DNA from: an uncultured Myxococcales bacterium
GTDB lineage: Bacteria > Myxococcota > UBA727 > VGSZ01
DNA length: 14,372 nt
Direction of reading: 5' to 3'
Assembly: GCA_903952805.1 (NCBI GenBank)
Contig: CAJBHN010000437.1
Coordinates: 1-14,372 of the forward strand
Numbering within the stretch: position 1 is the stretch's first letter; each line of letters opens with the position of its first letter. Positions 7,096-14,372 of the stretch are shown here, in pieces. The position numbers and the translations under genes were made by a program. The notes under the pieces were generated by a model. The model ran no database searches. It saw only the letters and a list, made by a program, of their open reading frames with translations, and was not told where the DNA came from.

Positions 7096-9342
7096 CTACT
7101 TGATCCCGAGCTTTTGGGCCGCGTCGATCAGGCCCAACATGCGGGTCTTGTCGTCGCCCTCGCTGCGCTGCGCCAGCTTGGTGAGCAGGGCCGCGATCGA
7201 GAGATCCTTGATGTCGCCGGCGTCGATGGCCGGGTTCGACAGGACCGAACGCACGTCGTCGGGCAGGCTGCGACCCTGACGCAGGTACTCGTCGGCCACC
7301 ACCTGGACGGTGGAGCTGCGGTCGACGACGGCGTCGATGGACTTGCCGAGGGAGACAGCGTTGACGAAGCGGTCGAAGAAGGCGCCGTCGCCGCCGACGA
7401 TGTCGATCTTGGCGGTCTTGAAGGCCTCGCCGAGGACCTTTGCCTGCTCAGCAGCGATGAGGACCTGGGTGTCCATGCCATGCATCCGGATATGGCGTTC
7501 GTTGTCGAGGGTCAGCCTGAACTCCTCGTGCTCGCGGGCGGAGCCTTCCATGGACTTCATCGCGACCATCTTGTCCGAGATGCCCTTGGCCTCGGCGGAC
7601 ATTTTGTTTTGCAGCGCATCGGCTTCAGCATGCCCCTTCTCGCGGATGGCCACGCTCTCGGCGAGCCCGCGCTTCTCGATGGCATGGGCTTCGGCCTCCT
7701 GCACACGCGCCTGGGCGAGACCCTGCATTTCATAAGCCTTGGCGTCGGCTTCCTTGCCCTTGGCCTCGGCGACGAGCTTGCGCTCAATGACGGTGGCTTC
7801 GGCCTCGCCCTTCTTCAAGATGGCCTGGGATTGAGCCTCTTGCACCTCGACCTGGGCCAGACCCTTGCTCTTTTCGCCATCGGCGGTCGCCATCAGGCGC
7901 TCCTTGTCGATGCGGGCCTCGATGAGCCCTCGCTTCTCGAAGGCGAGGGCATCGGCTTCCTTGACCTTGACGGCGGCGAGGCCAGGGGCTGCGGCCTCGG
8001 CCTGGGTCCCTTCGGCGCGACGCACCTTGGCTCGCGACTCACGGTCAGCGGACTCGAGGTCGGCCTCGGCCATGATCAGGCGCTCCTTGGCGAGGTGACC
8101 CGCAGCTTTTTCCTGCGCCTCGGCCCCCTTGATATCCTTCACCAGGCGCTGCTGCGCTTCAGTCTCGGCGATGATCAGGGCGGCATCGCGGTTGCGCTTG
8201 GCCTCCTCGACGACGCGAACGGTCTTGATGCGTTCTTCTTCCTCGGCGACGGTGCGGTCGACGGCGATACGGCCGCGCACGGTGTCGGCGATTTCCTTCT
8301 TCTGGATTTCGATCAGCTTTTCTTTTTCGATGCGGGACAGCTCGACCTCGCGCTCGCGGATGATGGCCTCGAGGTTGCGATCCTTGGTCACCCGCTCGGC
8401 CTCGACGCCGACGACGCGCTCGCGGTTCTTCTGGGCCACTTCGATCTGACGCAGCTTGTTTTGCTCCCGAATGGCGAGCTCTTCCTCGGTGTTGATGCGG
8501 GCCGACTCGGACTCCAGCACGGCCTTTTGGACCTCCTTGTCACCCTCGGCACGCTCGCGGGCCTGGGCCACGATGGCCTCACGCTCGCGCGCGGCGACCG
8601 TGCCCTTTTGGATGGCGTCTTGCTTGGTGATGACTTCCTGGGCCGTCGTGTCCTGCTGCTTGATCTGCATCTGAGCTTCGTTGCGCAGCCGATTGGTCTC
8701 TACTTCCTTCTCCTTGGTGATCTTCGTGATCGACCGGATGCCCTCGGCGTCGAGCATGTTTTCGGGATCAAGGGCTTCAAGCGGCGTCTGTTCCAGATAG
8801 TCGATGACGACGTCGGTGAGTTCGTAGCCGTCGAGGTCGGGGCCGATTTGGTCGTAGATCTTCTTCCGGAAATTCGCGCGGTCTGTGTAGAGCTGCAGGA
8901 AATTCATCTGGTAGCCGACCGTCTTGAGGGCTTCGGAGAATTTGGCCGAAAACAGCGTGTGCAGGGTCTCGACGTGGGACGCACGGTTGGTCCCGATGCG
9001 GGAGGCGACCTGCTTGACCTTGTCGACGTCGTGGCTGACCTGGACGAAGAAGGCGACCTTGATGTCGGCGCGGACATTGTCCATGCAGGTCAATCCCTCG
9101 CGACCGCGCCGTTCAATTTCGATCAACTTGACCGAGAGGTCCATGACCTCGGCGCGGTGGATGATGGGCAGCACCAGTCCGCCAGTGAAGCTCACCGAGA
9201 TGACGTCGCCGGTCTTGTTGTTGATGAGGGCCTGGCCGGGCGAGACCTTGATATAGAATTTCTTCACCATCACGGCGAAACCCATGACGAGGATGACGAA
9301 GCCACCAATCACTGACAGGGCTGAAATGAAGATCGGATTCAT
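7096..9342 (-). CDS. yqiK: Flotillin-family SPFH/Band-7 membrane protein (YqiK-like) with an unusually long EA/KE-rich coiled-coil region (748 aa)
   Basis: The N-terminus MNPIFISALSVIGGFVILVMGFAVMVKKFYIKVSPGQALINNKTGDV is a TM anchor followed by an SPFH domain (LSVKLIEIERRG...DNVRADIKVAFFVQV). After it come several hundred residues of heptad-like E/A/K/R-rich coiled coil with the flotillin EA-repeat pattern (AEAKGKEADAKAYEMQGLAQARVQEAEAHAIEKRGLAESVAIREKGHAEADA) and a C-terminal globular tail. ATG at 9340-9342 is preceded by AAGGA. It is 10 nt downstream of the yqiJ-like stop, which suggests co-transcription. The + strand ORF 6865-9315 is its antisense artefact. Confidence 0.9.
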   Translation of the reverse strand: MNPIFISALSVIGGFVILVMGFAVMVKKFYIKVSPGQALINNKTGDVISVSFTGGLVLPIIHRAEVMDLSVKLIEIERRGREGLTCMDNVRADIKVAFFVQVSHDVDKVKQVASRIGTNRASHVETLHTLFSAKFSEALKTVGYQMNFLQLYTDRANFRKKIYDQIGPDLDGYELTDVVIDYLEQTPLEALDPENMLDAEGIRSITKITKEKEVETNRLRNEAQMQIKQQDTTAQEVITKQDAIQKGTVAAREREAIVAQARERAEGDKEVQKAVLESESARINTEEELAIREQNKLRQIEVAQKNRERVVGVEAERVTKDRNLEAIIREREVELSRIEKEKLIEIQKKEIADTVRGRIAVDRTVAEEEERIKTVRVVEEAKRNRDAALIIAETEAQQRLVKDIKGAEAQEKAAGHLAKERLIMAEADLESADRESRAKVRRAEGTQAEAAAPGLAAVKVKEADALAFEKRGLIEARIDKERLMATADGEKSKGLAQVEVQEAQSQAILKKGEAEATVIERKLVAEAKGKEADAKAYEMQGLAQARVQEAEAHAIEKRGLAESVAIREKGHAEADALQNKMSAEAKGISDKMVAMKSMEGSAREHEEFRLTLDNERHIRMHGMDTQVLIAAEQAKVLGEAFKTAKIDIVGGDGAFFDRFVNAVSLGKSIDAVVDRSSTVQVVADEYLRQGRSLPDDVRSVLSNPAIDAGDIKDLSIAALLTKLAQRSEGDDKTRMLGLIDAAQKLGIK

Positions 9343-9351
9343 GATCGGTCC

Positions 9352-10101
9352 TTATGTCTTGGTCTTGGATGCAGAAACAGAAACAGAAACAGAAGCAGCG
9401 ATACCGTCGACGCGGTCGCGTTCGTCGCGTTCGTCGCGCTCGGCAGCCTCAAGGCCGGCGAAGGCGTCCGCGGTCGAAGGCATGATCGCGCGCATGGGCT
9501 CGACAATGAACACGCCATCGTCGGCGAGGTCCATGATGACGGCTTCTTCGCCGCGCTGCAGGGCATGGGTCACGCAGCGCACCGAGACGATGACCTCGTC
9601 GTTGGTGCGGGCCTGACCGCTCGTTTGGTCGGCCTCGATGGTGATGACCACCGTGCGCCCCAGCAGCGACCGACCGCCGCCCCTCGTCGCGCCATCCGTG
9701 AACAGGCCACGCAACGGACGGACTGCAACAACCGTGGCGGCACCTGCACCCACCACGCTGACCACCGTCGCCACCAACGAGGTCACTGCCAAGGGCAGCA
9801 CCTCACGGAGCAGATGGTGCGTCGTCACCGACAGAAAAAAACCCAACAGGCCAAAGATGCTCGCCGAGATGGTGATGGGCACCTTTGACAAGCCCATGGC
9901 AGCCAGGGCTTCGGCGAGGGCGGAGGTGCCGCCCTTGGCAGCGCCCGTGACGGCGTCGATAGCACCGTCCACGACGCCGTGGGCCTTGCCCGTCAAACCA
10001 TCGAGAGCATCCATGTCGGCTGCCCCCACGATGACCAGGCACCAGTACAGCAGGGACACCGCCGACAGCGCCGCAAACAGCACGGTCGGAAACGTCATCA
10101 T
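9352..10101 (-). CDS. yqiJ: YqiJ-like (DUF1449) inner-membrane protein with a C-terminal NfeD-type OB-fold, the usual partner of flotillin/SPFH proteins. It carries a repeat-generated low-complexity C-terminal tail.
   Basis: Starting at the ATGATG at 10096-10101, the protein begins MMTFPTVLFAALSAVSLLYWCLVIVGAADMDALDG. This parallels the hydrophobic N-terminus and acidic loop of E. coli YqiJ. Further TM segments follow (ITISASIFGLLGFFLSV, LAVTSLVATVVSVVGAGAATVVAV) and then an OB-fold-like segment (LLGRTVVITIEADQTSGQARTNDEVIVSVRCVTHALQRGEEAVIMDLADDGVFIVEP). The six-frame ORF extends a further 179 codons upstream to 10638. That extension has no domain-like sequence and overlaps a convincing + strand zinc-ribbon gene, so the shorter start is preferred. 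The RBS for the chosen start is weak, so the start is uncertain. Confidence 0.7.
   Translation of the reverse strand: MMTFPTVLFAALSAVSLLYWCLVIVGAADMDALDGLTGKAHGVVDGAIDAVTGAAKGGTSALAEALAAMGLSKVPITISASIFGLLGFFLSVTTHHLLREVLPLAVTSLVATVVSVVGAGAATVVAVRPLRGLFTDGATRGGGRSLLGRTVVITIEADQTSGQARTNDEVIVSVRCVTHALQRGEEAVIMDLADDGVFIVEPMRAIMPSTADAFAGLEAAERDERDERDRVDGIAASVSVSVSASKTKT
9372..9441. repeat. Two adjacent in-frame short tandem repeats inside the 3-prime end of the yqiJ-like CDS: (CAGAAA)x3.5 and (GTCGCGTTC)x3. On the minus strand they encode SVSVSVSAS and ERDERDERD.
   Basis: The sequence cagaaacagaaacagaaacagaagcagc followed by gtcgcgttcgtcgcgttcgtcgcgctc is read directly. It corresponds to the C-terminal tail ...LEAAERDERDERDRVDGIAASVSVSVSASKTKT, immediately before the yqiJ stop and the flotillin RBS. 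Confidence 0.85.
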
Positions 10102-10168
10102 CAGGTCCAACAGTGCATTCACAGCGTCGATGTACGACGGTTGGGCCCCGCGAGGAAACTCCACAATG

Positions 10169-10193
10169 AAGCGCCGTTTGGAAAACGGCGCTT
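10169..10193. promoter_or_regulatory. Perfect 11-3-11 inverted repeat AAGCGCCGTTT-GGA-AAACGGCGCTT in the yqiJK / zinc-ribbon divergent promoter region. It is a candidate operator or 5-prime-UTR hairpin.
   Basis: It is a 25-bp perfect palindrome 68-92 bp upstream of the preferred yqiJ start (10101). No upstream gene would use it as a terminator in either orientation. Confidence 0.4.
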
Positions 10194-10213
10194 TCTCAGC
10201 GACGTCAGCGCGT

Positions 10214-10240
10214 TGTGCGAGATGTGCGAGATGCGCACAC
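10214..10240. promoter_or_regulatory. Tandem 9-bp direct repeat (GTGCGAGAT x2) bracketed by the inverted half-sites TGTGCG ... CGCACA, with an adjacent ACATGT. It is a candidate transcription-factor binding array.
   Basis: The run tgtgcgagat-gtgcgagat-gcgcacacatgt is read directly. TGTGCG-AGATG-CGCACA forms an inverted repeat with a 5-nt spacer. The half-sites match the TGTGCGCACA palindrome at 3521-3530. The array lies between the divergent yqiJ-like (-) and zinc-ribbon (+) genes. Confidence 0.35.
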
Positions 10241-10323
10241 ATGTCATCACACGGAGGCAGCACCCGGGTCGACGAGTCGCCTGGTGGAAGTGACAGTCGC
10301 TGCAAAAGACCGGACACTGAAGC

Positions 10324-10716
10324 ATGCGTGGAAAGACGGAGTTGCGTCGCAACGTCAATCAATGCCCGTGGCAAAACTACCCGACGCACAACCGCAACAA
10401 GCAGCTCCAGTGTCACGGAGACCTGCCCCTCAGCTACGGATATTGCTCGCAAGACATCGGCTGCCCGTCGTGCGCCGGCACGCTGTACAAGCCAAACATC
10501 CTGCTGGAGCAGGGCCGCGGATTTGTCTTCGTCGAATGTCCCTGCTGCGATCCGGTCGCCTTTCGTCGACGTGTTGAACGCCTGAAGGACAAGCTCCCCA
10601 AGGGTGCCGGGCCCCAGAGCACGCCGCTGACAGAACAAAGAGCCGCCGAAGAGGACGCGCGTCGCCGAGACGAGGCCATGGCCAGGCGGGCCGAGCGCCT
10701 CAAGCGACTGAAATGA
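10324..10716 (+). CDS. Small MJ0042-type zinc-ribbon protein (CPxC ... CPCC) with a Lys/Arg/Glu-rich coiled C-terminal tail
   Basis: The 130-aa ORF has high GC3. Its core DIGCPSCAGTLYKPNILLEQGRGFVFVECPCCDPVAF matches the MJ0042-family zinc-finger-like pattern (I-CPxC-x-Y ... G-x-V-x-C-x-C-x-x-x-F), which is abundant in myxobacterial proteins. It is followed by RRRVERLKDKLPKGAG...EEDARRRDEAMARRAERLKRLK. Additional Cys/His residues (QCPW, H, QCHGD) precede the ribbon. The start at ATG 10324 has only a weak RBS, and TTG at 10342 is an alternative. Confidence 0.6.
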   Translation: MRGKTELRRNVNQCPWQNYPTHNRNKQLQCHGDLPLSYGYCSQDIGCPSCAGTLYKPNILLEQGRGFVFVECPCCDPVAFRRRVERLKDKLPKGAGPQSTPLTEQRAAEEDARRRDEAMARRAERLKRLK

Positions 10717-10808
10717 CGTTCACTACGTCGACGAGCGTGGCGTCATCATCCGCCTCGCTTCGATGCTCGCCTCGGGAGAGGTCGCGTTGGACGCGTGACC
10801 GATGGTGA

Positions 10809-13520
<2,712 letters not shown>

Positions 13521-13525
13521 GGTCC

Positions 13526-14122
13526 CTACACACCCCCGCCGACTGGCAGCGATGAGGCCGGCGGACTGATGCGGGCGGTCCGTTCGTCGATGAGGGCCTG
13601 CAGGGTGGCCATGGTTTCATCGTCGACGCCCTTGCTGCGAGCGGCAGCGACCACCTTGTTCAGGCGGCTGATCTCCACGGCGTCGCGATCCCGCTGCTTG
13701 TCGACGAGCTGCTTGAAGGTCTCAAACATCGGCGCGAACTCGTCGCCGCCGCGCAGGGGACGCAGCGACGGGTATTTGCCGTCGACCATGGTCGCAAAAT
13801 GTTTGGTGAGCACCACAACGGGACCAGCGACCCGGTGGGTGATGATCAAGCCCAGCACGCCCAGGACCAGCACCTCGCCCACCAGCGAAAATACGATGAT
13901 CCGAAAGACCTTTTTGGCGTCGTCGGCGTTGAGTTTCTCGCCGATTTCGGGGCTGATGGCGGCCAAGCCGATGACCTCGTTCATTTCACGGTAGGCCTTC
14001 AGCAGGAAAAAGCCCAAGACCGTCGACGTCAACGCCGCCACCAACAAAATGGCGCCCGTGTATTTGAACTGAAACGCCCGGTCGACGATCGGAATCAGTC
14101 GTCGCTTGTAGTGCTGGGCCAT
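13526..14122 (-). CDS. Small two-TM membrane protein with a HAMP signalling domain and a C-terminal helical tail
   Basis: The preferred start is ATG at 14120-14122 (MAQHYKRRLIPIV...) with a strong AGGAG 8 nt upstream. The six-frame ORF continues 44 codons further upstream without an RBS. TM1 is AILLVAALTSTVLGFFLL. A periplasmic/loop segment of about 40 aa follows, then TM2 VFRIIVFSLVGEVLVLGVLGLII. After TM2 comes HRVAGPVVVLTKHFATMVDGKYPSLRPLRGGDEFAPMFETFKQLVD, which fits the HAMP pattern of amphipathic helix 1, a P-L/GD connector and DE-F-x-x-M-x-x-F helix 2. The TAG stop at 13526-13528 lies 5 nt before the pseudokinase start. Confidence 0.7.
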   Translation of the reverse strand: MAQHYKRRLIPIVDRAFQFKYTGAILLVAALTSTVLGFFLLKAYREMNEVIGLAAISPEIGEKLNADDAKKVFRIIVFSLVGEVLVLGVLGLIITHRVAGPVVVLTKHFATMVDGKYPSLRPLRGGDEFAPMFETFKQLVDKQRDRDAVEISRLNKVVAAARSKGVDDETMATLQALIDERTARISPPASSLPVGGGV

Positions 14123-14277
14123 GGGCCGCTCCTGTTCGTGTGATCTTGCGGGGCCGTGTCGGGCGTGACTGAGACGCTGCTCAAGCATACCAGACCCCGT
14201 CGTCGTCGAAGGGGCCACCGGACCATAACCATGCCAACCCCTTCCCTTCAACATCGCTGCTGGGCGATGGTGGCTCC

Positions 14278-14372
14278 ATGTCTATGTGTTGTCTTGCAGC
14301 ATGGCTGGCTTGCAGTCTCGTCGGCGCTGCGCCGCCCGGCTACGCAGTCGGCCAGCAGGGCATCGCCGCCCG
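14278..14372 (+). CDS. Possible 5-prime end of a divergently transcribed gene encoding a protein with a signal-peptide-like N-terminus. It is truncated by the window edge.
   Basis: ATG at 14278 opens a frame reading MSMCCLAAWLACSLVGAAPPGYAVGQQGIAA through the end of the window. It has a hydrophobic core followed by a small-residue AxA-like motif. GC3 rises after the first 10 codons. Only a weak GGTGG lies upstream. With 31 codons visible, the call is tentative. Confidence 0.25.
   Translation, partial: MSMCCLAAWLACSLVGAAPPGYAVGQQGIAA

Noticed and set aside
6865-9315. 816-aa + strand ORF
   Set aside because: It is antisense to the flotillin gene. Its composition (L/G/D/A runs such as LGLGDELALNDGGFGLALL) mirrors the EA-rich coiled coil on the other strand, with no independent domain signal.
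9638-10585. 315-aa + strand ORF spanning the yqiJ-like gene and promoter region
   Set aside because: It is antisense to the yqiJ-like CDS and runs through the palindrome-rich intergenic region. It has an Ala/Ser/Thr/Arg-rich artefact composition.
10102-10638. 179-codon N-terminal extension of the yqiJ-like ORF, giving the 428-aa six-frame call
   Set aside because: The extension has no membrane or domain-like character. It overlaps the + strand zinc-ribbon ORF, which has a recognisable MJ0042 motif. Homologous YqiJ proteins begin with the hydrophobic segment found at the internal ATGATG (10096-10101).
14123-14254. 44-codon upstream extension of the HAMP-protein ORF starting MLKGRGWHGYGP
   Set aside because: There is no RBS, and the sequence is Gly/Pro/Ser/Arg-rich and non-hydrophobic. 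The internal ATG at 14122 has a near-consensus AGGAG at ideal spacing and begins the first TM helix.
14295-14320. Sigma-54-like TGGCTGGCTTGCAG (GG ... GC) motif
   Set aside because: The spacing between the GG and GC dinucleotides is 7 instead of the required 10 nt. On the + strand it also falls inside the tentative signal-peptide ORF. It is most likely a coincidence.

Overview
This is a high-G+C bacterial chromosomal segment, by eye well above 65% G+C, with strong GC3 bias in the genes. The gene content suggests a myxobacterium-like (Myxococcota/deltaproteobacterial) genome: a PEGA-domain pseudokinase, an MJ0042-type zinc ribbon, HEAT plus cNMP sensor proteins, and standalone MshEN proteins. 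Gene order, with s meaning strand: (1, s+) a 1071-aa membrane protein with an N-terminal transporter-like domain, central HEAT repeats and a C-terminal cyclic-nucleotide-binding domain. (2, s+) a standalone MshEN/T2SSE_N-domain protein carrying two tandem copies of the 24-residue c-di-GMP-binding motif. (3, s-) an FdhF/YdeP-family molybdopterin oxidoreductase, convergent on gene 2. (4, s-) a yqiJ-yqiK-like operon (NfeD/OB-fold membrane protein followed by an extended flotillin/SPFH protein), terminated by a GC-rich hairpin just upstream of the ydeP-like promoter. (5, s+) a small MJ0042-type zinc-ribbon protein divergent from yqiJK. (6, s-) a small two-TM HAMP-domain membrane protein, translationally coupled to a 903-aa degenerate Ser/Thr-kinase-like (pseudokinase) protein. 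That protein has an enormous disordered linker and a C-terminal PEGA domain. The most unusual signals lie outside the ORF calls. Five separate perfect short tandem-repeat arrays occur in 14 kb, with unit sizes of 10, 6, 3, 6 and 9 bp. Candidate operator palindromes sit in three promoter regions, and two of them share a TGTGCG/CGCACA half-site. A cNMP-binding membrane protein sits next to a predicted c-di-GMP receptor. Most long antisense ORFs in the six-frame track are high-GC artefacts.
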